Shown in pieces: positions 51,212 through 64,000 of a stretch of 64,000 nt of DNA. Every line of letters starts with the position of its first letter. The stretch's first letter is position 1. The position numbers and the translations under genes were made by a program. The DNA comes from Podarcis vaucheri (Eukaryota). The DNA lies in the NCBI GenBank assembly GCA_965113315.1, contig OZ220369.1; one strand, given 5' to 3'. The notes beneath the pieces were generated by a model, which did not search any database, had not been told where the DNA came from, and was given only the letters and a program-made list of their open reading frames with translations.

Positions 51212-52747
51212 GTAAATGATTACTATAGTCATTCCTGAATACATCCAGCCCTCCAGGCTTCTGTATACGGGCCATAGAACTCTTTGCAGGCCATACCCCT
51301 CACCAGCAGTAAAGTCTAAGAAAAATTCTGCTGGAACAGACCATCCTGTTTCCCACAGTGCCTAGCCAGATTCTTCTGGGAAGCCCATAAGCAGGGCATG
51401 AAGGCAATGCTCCCCCTTTCTGTTGTCCCTTCAATCAACTTAGCATATATCTGAACATGGGCATTCCATTTAGCCATCACAGCTAATTGAAAGATAAATG
51501 CTCTATGATTGACTGCATTTGTCTCTTTCTGGTGAATGACATATCTATTACTTTAGTTACATTAATTTTGTGAGATGCAGCTGATGAATGTAACAAAATG
51601 TAGTTTATGTGATGTGACCCAACTCATCTACATTGGTTCATTTTGCTCGTCACTACTAATAGCCCTTATGTCTCATACTTGATTTTCCTTTGCTCTACCT
51701 ATATGAATATTCTGTTGCAATGATGGGGAATGAGTGGCCCTCCAGATATGACTCCTGTAATCCTTCACCATTAGCCATGCTGGCTGGGACTAATGGGAGA
51801 TGGAGTTCAACAACAATTGGAGGGGCACTGGTTCCCCATCTCCGTTCTGTTGCTATACTGTGTACTCTGGTGCATAGATCAGGTTGCAATTTTGCTGTAT
51901 TCTTTTTATTGAATATTAATCTTTTGCATTAGAATGGTTTTATATTCATTCTAAAGCTGAGCATCTAATGGTGTTTCATTAATTCAATACTGTATCAGCA
52001 ATGAGGTTATTGTCATATTGTCCCTATATTCCCATTCATTCCATGTATATACAATCATATAAGGAAAGTCTGGAGCTCAGTGGTACAGCATGTGTTTTGC
52101 ACAGAAAAACTCTCAGGTTTAGTCACTGGCATTTCCAGGTAGAGCTGGGAAAGACTTGTGTCAGGACCCCTGGAGGGCCACTGCTGGACCGTGTCAACAA
52201 TACTGAGATGGATGGACCAATGGTCTGACTTAGTATATAGCAGTTTCCTATGTTCATTCCTTTTTCTTGGCAACACAATGTGTAATATCATGGGATACAT
52301 TCCTGTGATGATGCATTCATAGTCATAATAAAAGTTAAGATGCAGAGAAAATATTCTAAACATCAATCAATCAATCAAGAGACATTTATTGAGGCATTAT
52401 TGTTTTTATCATTCATGCTACCAAATGTCTTTCTACTGGTGAAACAGTGACTGGGGAAACCCAGCCAGATGGGCGGGGTATAAATAATATTTTTTTATTA
52501 TTATAACAACACATTTTTGCAAATATACTCCTGGAAATTACCATGGAGAACTGGCTGGCAGGTACTGGAGAAATTTAGTGGATGGTTTGGAGCTATAGCT
52601 TTCTCCAAATGATTGACTGGTATAAATACCAAAGTTTGTGTATATATTGCACAATACACCCTTTATCCCCCCCCCCTCTCTCCTGGGTTTATATGTTCAG
52701 TGATAATATTTTAATTTCTAAAATATTAGTTTGCTTCTTATTTCCAG

Positions 52748-52821
52748 TAAAATCTTTTAGGACACCGTGTAACCTGAATAGCTGGAAAGAGGAAAAGAAA
52801 AAAAAGTACCCTCTTGATCAA
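52748..52821 (+). CDS. PRDM9: PRDM9 copy C exon 4
   Basis: Intact, identical to copy B. Confidence 0.75.
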
Positions 52822-53931
52822 GTAAGATAGTTTTGGATATTTCAAGTGATTTGCAATTTCTGTTTTTTTGTTTGTCTGATGATTCTAGCAAACATCGAAT
52901 CAAAATAGTTTGGAGAAACATTTCATGTGTTTGCCCTGATATGGAAATAAAGATATTAATAAAAGCAGGGTTTTTTTATTTGAGTGGAAATTTATTGTTT
53001 ACAATCATTAGCTTTTAGAGAAACAATTTGACGTTTGTAGTAAGTGATCATAACATTACACTTTCAAACAAAGGAAGAACCCAAACAAACAACTGAAACA
53101 AAGAAACAAACTCTGAAATCAACACAAACTCTGGAATCAAGTGTGTAGGAGACTGAGGATAAGCTACCCATCTGACAGGGTGACCTGTAGTTCACAAAAC
53201 CCACACTATTTGCTGACACACTGAAAGACTGTGAAAAATATTTTCTTTCTTTTTTTAAGTATGTGGAAGCACTAATTGAGGGAAGGGGAACAGAACACAG
53301 CTGGACACTAGCTTGCACATTATCAGTGTATACAGCCAATATAGTTAGTAGCTGCTGCTTTAGATTAATGCTGCTTTAGATTAATTAACCCCCTACCGCC
53401 CACCTAGAATCCTGAAACGCCCACTAGTGGGCAGTAGGGAGCAGGTTGACAACCCTTCTCTAGGTGTTTTGAATTCTAGTCAGCCCCAGACAACACAACC
53501 TTTTCAACATGAGGACACTATGTAGCTATTTCATTGGGTTGAAAGTCAAATATATAATATGTTCATACATTTAAGTCATGATTGCTGCAACAATTCATTT
53601 TCTGTTCATGTTTGAAGGTCTTTCTGGGTGTTAGCAATAATAGTCACATCTTCAAAGTTATTTCCATGTACCATACTTTTGCTAAACATTGTACTCTATA
53701 GCCAAAGGAGAGATTCCTGAGAAAAATAAATAATTAAATATGGCTTGGGACTGTCTTGTAACTGAATATACTAACTGGTAATTTGTCTAAATGATAACTG
53801 CCATTGTGGAAATATTTAAGAAGATCTAAATTAATATGATCACTTTTAACACCCAGTAAATACACATGATTCACAAGCCCCCTCTTAATTCTTTATGAGT
53901 GTTATTTGAGATGATGATGATGATGATGATG

Positions 53932-53972
<41 letters not shown>

Positions 53973-54078
53973 TTATTTGTACCCCGCCCATCTGGCTGGG
54001 TTTCCCCAGCCACTCTGGGCAGCTTCCACAAAGACCAAAATATGTTAAGATTTAATAGAAAACAACTTTTTGTTGCAG

Positions 54079-54196
54079 AATAAGCAAATAAACACTATGG
54101 GACTTACTTCCAAAGACCAAGAACATATAAAGAAAACTGACAAAAATACATGTGCAGATGTTCATACTACAGACATTGCAGCAGAATCAAAGACTG
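54079..54196 (+). CDS. PRDM9: PRDM9 copy C exon 5
   Basis: Intact, identical to copy B. Confidence 0.75.
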
Positions 54197-55335
54197 GTAA
54201 GTGCTTGGTAGAGAGCCATTTATTTATTTTCTTAATATTTTAAAATAATAATTACTCTGCCCACTGTGTTCTTTACAGCTTTTTGACATTTAATTGTAAA
54301 GGGCACTCTCCAAAACTGGAACTGGAAGTTTTTCTAATGATCTGATCTTATGATCTGTGTAAGACAAATTTTTTTGATGTAATTGTATGTAAGAGCAAAA
54401 ACAATGTTGCATGTTGTTTTCAAGTCCAGTGCAGCAAAATGACAGAGAGCTTACACTGTGCAGCTGCTCAAGCAGTTCAAATCCACCTAGCCAATTACAC
54501 TGTGAAAGACTTTACATGAGTCAAATATGGAAGGAGATGGGGCATGAAAGGGACAGGGTGTGTTAATAGTGATGTTTAAGTGTGAGCTTATCCATGTTAA
54601 CAGGACCAGGCATTCCTGCAACCATGAAATATGAAAATTGACTCAGAATTAAATTTCTAACATTGATAAGCTGCACTTAAATGCAGACATGTCCATGTTA
54701 AAAGATATTCTTTGTGCTTAATGAAAGTTGGGGATTTTTTAGGTGGTTTTGTCTCATTCTGAAAAGGGCTATGGTTTAGTATGGTATTTCTAGGTCGGAG
54801 CAAGATTGGTTAATATTTTGCTGCCTGTGAGCCACATTGTCACATATCCAGGCTCTCAGCCAATCTAGGTAATTAAGCATCGCTAGTAAAGAGCATAACT
54901 AATTCTGTTTAGATGCCTAGTGAAACGTTTTGGAGCACAGCCAAGCAAAATCTTCAGGAGGAAATAGGGAACATTTTAATTCTCAGCACACTGTATCTGT
55001 CACTTCATGTCCAGTGTGGTATGTTCATCCTATGTTCTTTACCATCTGCTATTCTTATGTGACTTGTTAGAAATGCTGAAACTATAGAAGATTTTATTAT
55101 AAGCAGACAATGCCATTTCAGAATAGAATATCCCACAGGGTTCTACACACATCTTGCAGAAACAAAAGTAGATATATTCAGGCATTCTGCTTATATGCAA
55201 ATCCTACACATGAGCAAGGCAAGCAGGGACTAATGTGAACACCTAAACATACCTAATGTGATTCAAGTTCTTGTATTCCATGTACTTTTGCTTTCCATGA
55301 GTTTATGCGTTACAAAATTAGATTATATACTTCAG

Positions 55336-55476
55336 ATATTGAGAAGAAAGCTTTGTCGGGGAAAGCAAAGAATAAGAAAAGAGATCAGGAGAAAGAAGTT
55401 AGTACATACAGTTTGCGGAAGAGGGAGAGAAAAACATATATGGAAATAAATGAGCCAAATGATGATGATTACTTGT
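55336..55476 (+). CDS. PRDM9: PRDM9 copy C exon 6 (SSXRD)
   Basis: Intact; T->M (acg>atg). Confidence 0.93.
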
Positions 55477-57301
55477 GTAAGTTTATAATCAGCTTTTTCC
55501 ATCTTCAATTCTTATGTTGCCTTGGAAAAATATTTATAAAACAGTGCTTTTAGATATTCTATTACATATTTTTCAGGTTCAGGTTTTTGTAAGAAAGTAC
55601 ATCAGACTTTCATATAAAAAGTTCCTGAGCTATAATCAGTATTCCCAATCGCATTTTAAAAAGAAAATAAATTTCCTATAAATTTGCCATGGGCCATTTA
55701 TTCACAATAGACTCGCAATTTGATTATATTCACGGATGATGGGTGATGTACAGAAGGTCTGCAGTTACCCTAGCCCTTCTCTAAACTGGAGGTGGTCTTA
55801 ATGTCAGAATCTGTACAAGTAATCTGTGGCAGTTGAACTGAACTAATGCTGTTCTTGATTTGTCAGAAACTGGCAGAATGTGATAAAGGGTTAAAGCCAA
55901 TGCTAGGCTTACTCAGTTTAGACCCATTGTAATTAATTTAATATTTAATATTACTAAATTAGATCATTTGATTTGAAAATGACTTCTCTGAGTAAGAATT
56001 AACTGGACACAACACAGAGGTTTTTGAAAGGACTACATATGCTATAGAAGTGCCAACAACAAACACATATTTCATACTCATAGAGATGACAGTATCCAAA
56101 GACTATGTAGACCAATCCCATAGAATAAGAATAGACTGTCCATCTACCCATAACCACTCCTAGGGTGCAGCTGTCATCTGTGGACCACAGTGTGCCACTC
56201 AGAGTTAGCAGATACAGCCAGTAATAGCTTGAGGGAATTTGTGCAATTAAAGTATGGTTACACACTATAAGAAAAGGAAAATCAACCAACCAAATGTTAG
56301 CGGCTAAACTAGTTTAGGGGGGAAATCCTTCCTTCTTCAAAGAGAATCCAATGGGAAACACGTCAATACCACTTAATATTCTGATAGGGAATGCCAAGGT
56401 TGCATAGCAGGGGAAATAATCCTTCTTAACATTTATGGGCAATGACAAACATAAGAAATAATGAAACATTTCCCTGAATTCATCCAACTGTACCATGAAG
56501 CCTTGGAGCACCCTATGGTGCTAGAACTATTGTTAAATGGAACTATCAGGGTTTGTAAAACTATCCTACACACCATCACCCCTCCCCTACTTTCCCCATC
56601 TTTTCTTCCCAACCTCATACTGTTTGCAACACTAACGTCTCACAACAAATGAAACTGATCTGTAGAAAACACAACTTGAAAAAAGAGACAATGCACATAT
56701 TTTTGTATACTGATAAATATTTAATAAATATTATTTTAAAACAACAACTATCAGGCTGACTATGCCTAGAACCAGACAGGATTCTGTCTGCTGCAATTAG
56801 ATTATCTGCTGAATATATATGCTATGTCTAAGGTGGGGCTTAGCAGGCTCATGGAAAAATGTATTCAGTCCTTGGGGAAGTTTCTTGGAACAACTTCCAT
56901 TTCTTGCTGAGAACCTGTGTTCTTTTTGTTTGTGACTTTGGCCTGTGACTGGACTTTGCTTCTCTTATTGACCACCCCCTCAATGTGACCTTAGGTTGTG
57001 AACCCAACCTTGCTCTCTGGACTGCCCCATAAGTAGACTCCCACCCCTGGCATCCTTATCCCCTGAAGCAGTACAGTAGCCCTGTCCATATCACCATTCC
57101 CCAAGACCAGAGCTTCAGTTGGAGAGCCGACCACAAAATTCATTGTAATAATTATTGCACATTGACACAAATCCCCCACGTTTTACAACTTTAAATATTT
57201 ATATAGATTGCCAATCATAACTGTAGCTATTTGAAAAAACTCATTGATGGAAAAAACGTCCTGCAGCATCATGTCTCACTTATCTTTCTTTCCCTTCCTA
57301 G

Positions 57302-57573
57302 TTTGTGAATACTGCCTGCTATTCTTTATTGATGAATGTTCAGTTCATGGTTCTCCAGTTTTCATCAAGGATACAGCAGTAGAAATAGGACTGGAAGAGA
57401 GGGCCACCCTCACTTTACCTCCAGGTTTGAGAATTGGCCCATCAGGTATCCCCAAAGCTGGCTTTGGAGTCTGGAATGAAGGAGAAATTCTGCCTCCAGG
57501 AATTCATTTTGGGCCCTATGAAGGGAAAATCACAGAGGAAGAAGAAGCAGCCAACAGTGGTTATTCTTGGCTG
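57302..57573 (+). CDS. PRDM9: PRDM9 copy C exon 7 (zinc knuckle and PR/SET)
   Basis: Same protein sequence as copy B. Confidence 0.97.
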
Positions 57574-58409
57574 GTATGATTTACTCACAGCACTTTTATT
57601 TTAAAAAAATTCCATGTAGAGTACCACCTTGCTGAATGAACAAACCCCACCCTCCAGGCAGAGTCAAATGACTTTGTTCAGTGCTCCTTCCCTTTACAAT
57701 GTCAAGCTTGTGAGTACAGGAAGTAGAACCTTCTTCCTGATGGAGCCAAAGTGTTGGAACTCCCTCCTTAGAGAAGTCTTGTTCCTTCATCCTTTTAAGT
57801 TTTATGAAAGTGGTCAAGAAAGTTTCTGCCTTTTCTGTTTAATAATCCTCTGTTTTTAAGTATGATTTGATGGAATATCAATTATGAATAAACTTCCTTG
57901 AATGTTGTAGAAGTGGGCTAAAAATTGTATGTTAAAATGCATTTAATGAAAGAAAATTTGAAACAATAACTCAGAATGGTGAACTTTTTCATTTTAGTGT
58001 ATCAGAACTCAAATGTTAATGAATACAAGCAATCCTATTGCTGTCTGTCACCACCCAATGTTGAAACACAATTTGAATTGCAGCAAGATCATAGATGGTT
58101 CAATGCAGAATTGTCAGGGCCTTGCAGGACGTAGACAAATGTGCACTGGGGTAGCGGGGCTGGACTCGGGAGAGGGGATCTGTTGTGGCAACCTGTACCA
58201 GCCAGGGGGCAAGAGTCAGACAGGGGAAGCTTCAGAGCTGGAGGTTGGAGCACAGGATGTGTTGGAGGCAGAGGGGAAAGAGGCAGGTCAGGCAAGGGAA
58301 GAGTTGGGTTCTTCCCCATACTCTCCTGCACCACTGTCTCCTAAAACCAGGAGGGGATTGAAGAAGGAAGAACAGAGACAGCTTCCATGCAGGTGTAGCC
58401 ACTGTGAGA

Positions 58410-58664
58410 GCCAGTGTGGTGTAGTGGTTAAGAGCGGTAGTCTCGTAATCTGGGGAACCGGGTTCGCGTCTCCGCTCCTCCACATGCAGCTGCTGGGTGA
58501 CCTTGGGCCAGTCACACTTCTCTGAAGTCTCTCAGCCCCACTCACCTCACAGAGTGTTTGTTGTGGGGGAGGAAGGGAAAGGAGAATGTTAGCCGCTTTG
58601 AGACTCCTGAAGGGGAGTGAAAGGCGGGATATCAAATCCAAACTCTTCTTCTTCTTCTTCTTCT
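58410..58664 (+). mobile_element. Squam3-like SINE, unit 2
   Basis: Paralog of 27428 with a shorter (CTT)n tail. Confidence 0.85.
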
Positions 58665-59548
58665 GTGGCCCATCAATGAGAGGTACATAAACGAGTGGAG
58701 GGGGTGGCTCCCCTTGTTGCTGCAACTGCTCCACAGAGCACAGGGCAGAATTAGGCAGTGTGGTTATTTGGAGCTATAGAACTACTTTCTAGATGAAGGC
58801 AAGTCCCTTCGACTCTATTCTGCCCCTGCCCTGTTCTGCCCCCTTGCTGCACCAAAAACGGCATGTGTATGCTGCTGCATGCAACTTGAATGTGCACAAG
58901 TGGGCAGTTGCTTGTACTGTAAGTGTTTGCTTGAGACAATAATGAATTAACTATCTGCTGTGTGCATCCTGGGGAGTATCTTTAACAAAAATGATTATAA
59001 CTTTAAAAGCAGAAAGTACCCATCTTGACTATGGAGTCTAGCCAGATAACAGACACGCGCAGATAATATACCTATGCAATGGTGAGACATATACCTTAAG
59101 CAAAAAAGCCAGGGAAGTTCTTGAAATGTATTTCTCACCCAAACCAATATTTTATTGCTTCTGCTTATTTGTTTATTCAAAGTGAATTTTCTTATTAAAA
59201 TAAAAAGTACCGTATAGTTCACCACTTAGACTATTCTAAATAATTTAAACACAAAGTTTTAAAACTCCAGGAAAACTCCTTGAAAGAAAATGATGAGAAT
59301 CCAGAAAACAAGCCTGCCAGGAAACAGAGCTACAGAATAGGTGGGGAGGGTGGCTTCATAATTAGGCAAAAGGTGAAAAGGGTTCTTAGTAGTTGCAATA
59401 TGTGGGAAGAGGAAGATGCAGGATATTACCATGGAGGGGGTCTTTGTGCCTGTTGGGGTTGCACAAAAGAAGGGGAAGACATGGAGGTGAAGGTGAAAAC
59501 GGGTGCAAAGCAGGGCTGCAGAAACGAGAGTTGTGCTTTCGAACATAG

Positions 59549-62401
59549 TTTAATGGACTTCAATGTCTGTACACTAATGCGCAAAGCATGGGAAATAAAC
59601 AAGATGAGCTTGAGCTCTTAGTACAGCAAACTAAATATGACATAATAGGCATCACTGAAACCTGGTGGGATAAGTCCCACGATTGGAATGTAATAATGGG
59701 GGTATACAATCTATTTCAGAGAAACAGACCAGACAAGAAAGGAGGAGGAGTAGCGTTATATGTCAAGGATGTGTATACCTGTGAAGAGATCCAAGATCTA
59801 GATCCTCAAAGCCAAAGTGAGAGCATTTGGGTCAAAATTAAGGGAGAGAAGAATAACAGAGACCTCATTGTGGGAGTTTACTATAGATCCCCAAGCCAAA
59901 CAGAGGACATAGATGATGCCTTCCTGGAACAGATGGCCAAGCATGCAAAAGGAAGGGAGATAGTAGTAATGGGGGACTTCAATTACCCGGATATTTGTTG
60001 GACGTCAAACTCAGCCAAGAGCATAAGGTCAAACAGATTCCTCACTGGCCTTGCAGACAACTTCATTGTCCAGAAAGTGGGAGAAGCAACAAGAGGAACA
60101 GCCATTTTAGATCTGGTCCTAACCAATGTTGATGACCTGGTTAGTGGGGTAGAAGTGGAAGGATCATTAGGCGCGAGTGATCATGCTCTTCTGAAGTTTA
60201 CTATACAGCGGAAAGGAGCAGCCAAGCATACTAGGACTCAATTTCTTGACTTTAAGAAAGCCGACTTCATAAAACTTAGGGAAGTGCTGGGTGAGATCCC
60301 ATGGACAACAATACTAAAAGGAAAGGAAGTTCATGATGGCTGGGAGTTTGTTAAGAGGGAGATAGTAAAAGCACAACGTCAGGCAATACCAATGAGACGG
60401 AAACATGGAAGGTGCCTAAAGAAGCCAGGGTGGCTATCTAAAGAACTTTTAACTGATTTAAGATTAAAAAAGGATGTGTACAAAAAATGGAAAAGGTGGG
60501 AAACCACCAAAGAGGAATTCAAACAAATAGCCAGCACGTGTAGACACAAAGTCAGAAAAGCTAAAGCACAGAATGAACTCAGGCTTGCTAGAGAGGTTAA
60601 AAGCAACAAAAAAGGCTTTTATGGGTATGTTCGTAGCAAAAGGAAGAACAAAGAAACAGTGGGGTCACTCAGAGGAGAAGATGGTGAAATGCAAACAGGG
60701 GACACAGAAAGGGCTGAACTCCTCAATGCCTTCTTTGCCTCAGTCTTCTCCGATAAATAAAACAATGCCCGACCTGAAGAATTTGGAGCAAATGATTCAG
60801 CAAAGGAAACACAGCCCAGAATAACTAAGGAGATAGTACAAGAATATTTGGCTAGTTTAGATGTATTCAAGTCTCCAGGGCCAGATGAACTGCATCCAAG
60901 AGTATTAAAAGAACTGGCAGATGTGATCTCAGAACCACTGGCAGTCATCTTTGAGAATTCCAGGAGAACAGGCGAAGTCCCGGCAGACTGGAGGAGGGCA
61001 AATGTTGTCCCTATTTTCAAAAAGGGGAAAAGAGAGGACCCAAATAATTACCGCCCAGTCAGTCTGACATCAATACCAGGGAAGATTCTGGAGCAGATCA
61101 TTAAGCAAACAGTCTGTGAGCACCTAGAAAGGAATACTGTGATCACCAATAGTCAGCATGGATTTCTGAAAAATAAGTCATGTCAGACTAACCTGATCTC
61201 GTTTTTTGACAGAATTACAAGCCTGGTAGATGAAGGGAACGCAGTGGATGTAGCCTACCTTGATTTCAGCAAGGCATCTGACAAGGTGCCCCATGATATT
61301 CTTGTAAAGAAGCTGGTAAAATGCAGTCTTGACTATGCTACCACTCAGTGGATTTGTAACTGGCTGACTGACCGAACCCAAAGGGTGCTCATCAATGGTT
61401 CCTCTTCATCCTGGAGAAGAGTGACTAGTGGGGTGCCACAGGGTTCTGTCTTGGGCCCGGTCTTATTCAACATCTTTATCAACGACTTGGATGATGGACT
61501 CAAGGGCATCCTGATCAAATTTGCAGATGACACCAAACTGGGAGGGGTGGCTAACACCCCAGAGGACAGGATCACACTTCAAAACGACCTTGACAGATTA
61601 GAGAACTGGGCCAAAACAAACAAGATGAATTTTAACAGGGAGAAATGTAAAGTATTGCACTTGGGCAAAAAAAATGAGAGGCACAAATACAAGATGGGTG
61701 ACACCTGGCTTGAGAGCAGTACATGTGAAAAGGATCTAGGAGTCTTGGTTGACCACAAACTTGACATGAGCCAACAGTGTGACGCGGCAGCTAAAAAAGC
61801 CAATGCAATTCTGGGCTGCATCAATAGGAGTATAGCATCTAGATCAAGGGAAGTAATAGTGCCACTGTATTCTGCTCTGGTCAGACCACACCTGGAGTAC
61901 TGTGTCCAGTTCTGGGCACCACAATTCAAGAAGGACATTGACAAACTGGAACGTGTCCAGAGGAGGGCAACCAAAATGGTCAAAGGCCTGGAAACGATGC
62001 CTTATGAGGAACGGCTAAGGGAGCTGGGCATGTTTAGCCTGGAGAAGAGGAGGTTAAGGGGTGATATGATAGCCATGTACAAATATATAAAAGGATGTCA
62101 CATAGAGGAGGGAGAAAGGTTGTTTTCTGCTGCTCCGGAGAAGTGGACACGGAGCAATGGATCCAAACTACAAGAAAGAAGATTCCACCTAAACATTAGG
62201 AAGAACTTCCTGACAGTAAGAGCCGTTCGACAGTGGAATTTGCTGCCAAGGAGTGTGGTGGAGTCTCCTACTTTGGAGGTCTTTAAGCAGAGGCTTGACA
62301 ACCATATGTCAGGAGTGCTCTGATGGTGTTTCCTGCTTGGCAGGGGGTTGGACTCGATGGCCCTTGTGGTCTCTTCCAACTCTATGATTCTGTGATTCTG
62401 T
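59549..62401 (+). mobile_element. Young CR1 LINE (near-complete ORF2: APE and RT), unit-2-specific
   Basis: ORFs 59588-60760 (ITETWW, GDFN, SDH endonuclease) and 60848-62323 (FADD RT) are in the same frame, split by one TAA. (ATTCTRTG)n tail. 8-bp TSD gaacatag. Empty site at ~29293. Confidence 0.95.
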
Positions 62402-62593
62402 GAACATAGGGTTGAGAGGGTGAAAAGGGTTCTTAGTAGTTGCATTCAGTGGGAAGGGGAAACTCTAAGGGGGTTAATAGGGGGAAAGGGCTGATGACCA
62501 AAGCAAGCAGGGGAGCAGAGCCCCTTAACATCCTACATATTGTTGTAGTGTTACCATATTGATGTGTGTGTTTCGTGTCTATTTTAATTACAG

Positions 62594-62661
62594 ATTACTA
62601 GAGGGCAAAACTGCTATGTTTACATTGATGGAAAGGATGAAACTAATTCCAACTGGATGAG
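62594..62661 (+). CDS. PRDM9: PRDM9 copy C exon 8
   Basis: Intact; one synonymous change. Confidence 0.96.
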
Positions 62662-62797
62662 GTAAACATCCTTGATCAAACTAAATGAAGAGAGACTTTT
62701 AAAACAAGGGTCTTCATACACCTGGAAAGGCCAATAGAACAGAATAACTTAAATGTCATTCTGGGTGCCTACAGGTTACCCATCCGTACTCTTAATA

Positions 62798-63014
62798 CAG
62801 TGGTACCTCGGGTTACATACGCTTCAGGTTACAGACTCCGCTAACCCAGAAATAGTGCCTCGGGTTAAGAATTTTGCTTCAGGATGAGAACACAAATTGG
62901 GCAGCGGCAGCGCTGCAGGACCCATTAGTTAAAGTGGTGCTTCAGGTTAAGAACAGTTTCAGGTTAAGAACAGACCTCCAGAACGAATTAAGTACGTAAC
63001 CAGAGGTACCACTG
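62798..63014. mobile_element. Tc1/mariner MITE, unit 2
   Basis: Paralog of 29689-29888 with an extra 17-bp internal repeat. Confidence 0.85.
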
Positions 63015-63845
63015 TATCTTTTAACTGTTGGGAGTAAAGCACAACATTTGCAATAACCTGCTTGAACTGTGGTGAGGAATAGACAGAAATGCAACCTGTT
63101 CTTCCTTCTTCACTGATTCCTTCTCTTTTAGTAAATGCTTGTCAGTAAAGTAGATCACTTCCTTTCAGGCCTTAATTCTTTTCTGCTTCTCCAAGTAGTC
63201 AGTATGAGTTAGCTTGTGCTAGTGGCTGCATCTTGGCTACATGTAAAATCTATACATAGAATGGTTCCTCCTCCAAGACTAATAAATGTTAAGTTTTCTT
63301 TATCCTTTCAACAGCAGTCTTACCAGGGTATTTTTTCTGCATACTGCTTTGCAAATTGTGCACTATTTACCAAAGTTCAGTAGTGCCAGTACTAGAGAGA
63401 GAAGTGGCACCTTTCAAAGGTAAAAAGAATATCTTGGTTTGGAAAGAGAGTGGTGGGCCACTAAACTGCTTAGTAGGATCAGTCAAAGCTATGGGTTCAT
63501 CATTCCTAGTAGAGCAAATGCCTGGTAGTCTGCATAAGTCTTGCTTCTGAAATGAATGGGAGGAGCAACCCAGACAAATATATTCTTCTACCACCGTAAA
63601 AAAAAGAAAGTGAAGTTACCACAGGTAAGAAGACCAAAGTTTATTTTACAAAATTTTGTTGTGTGTTGTAACCTCCAGTGTATAATATGCCCAGTGTTCA
63701 ACAAATTTAAAATATTTCAGCTGTACATTTCATTACCTGAATAATAGAAGAAAGTAATGCAATTGTTATGCTTCATAGTACTTCTCTAATTTCCAGCTTC
63801 CCTGACTGAGTACTTTTAGTTACCCTCTTAACAATGAACTTTCAG

Positions 63846-64000
63846 ATATGTTAACTGTGCCCGGAATGAGGAAGAGCAAAATCTTGTTGCCTTCCAGTAT
63901 CATGGGAAAATCTACTACAGAGCATGTAAAATAATCCTTATTCATTCTGAGCTTCTGGTTTGGTATGGAGAAGAATATGGAAAGGAGCTTGGCATCAAGT
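63846..64000 (+). CDS. PRDM9: PRDM9 copy C exon 9 (cut by window end)
   Basis: [18 protein letters not shown]...[13 protein letters not shown]. Confidence 0.95.

Larger units (their letters stand above)
30494..63619 (+). repeat. Tandem segmental duplication, unit 2
   Basis: Colinear copy of 1-30493 with unit-specific TE insertions and deletions. A third unit begins at 63620. Confidence 0.97.

Noticed and set aside
1-64000. False duplication from uncollapsed haplotypes
   Set aside because: Three distinct versions of the overlapping segment exist, the novel CD79A-fragment/PRDM9-promoter junction occurs twice, and the units have reciprocal TE differences. This is unlikely to be an artefact, though only read data can exclude it.

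Overview
Vertebrate genomic DNA. The SINE content (Sauria SINE, Squam3-like SINE with a (CTT)n tail) points to a squamate, probably a lacertid lizard (inference). The window is a tandem segmental duplication with a 30-33 kb unit. Window position 1 recurs at 30494 and 63620. Each unit carries a + strand PRDM9 gene (KRAB-SSXRD-PR/SET-C2H2 zinc-finger minisatellite) and a - strand 3' fragment of CD79A (Ig-alpha; transmembrane and ITAM exons only). Three PRDM9 copies are visible. Copy A shows its last two exons (10 zinc-finger repeats). Copy B is complete (10 coding exons, 17202-34844, about 1012 aa, 12 repeats, the last one truncated). Copy C has exons 1-9 intact and runs off the right edge. The copies are nearly identical in KRAB and SET, but A and B have different zinc-finger arrays, with variation concentrated at DNA-contact positions. 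This suggests a multi-copy PRDM9 recombination-hotspot system. The units also differ by young LINE, SINE and MITE insertions, a probable Tc1/mariner excision footprint, and a deletion with a templated insertion.
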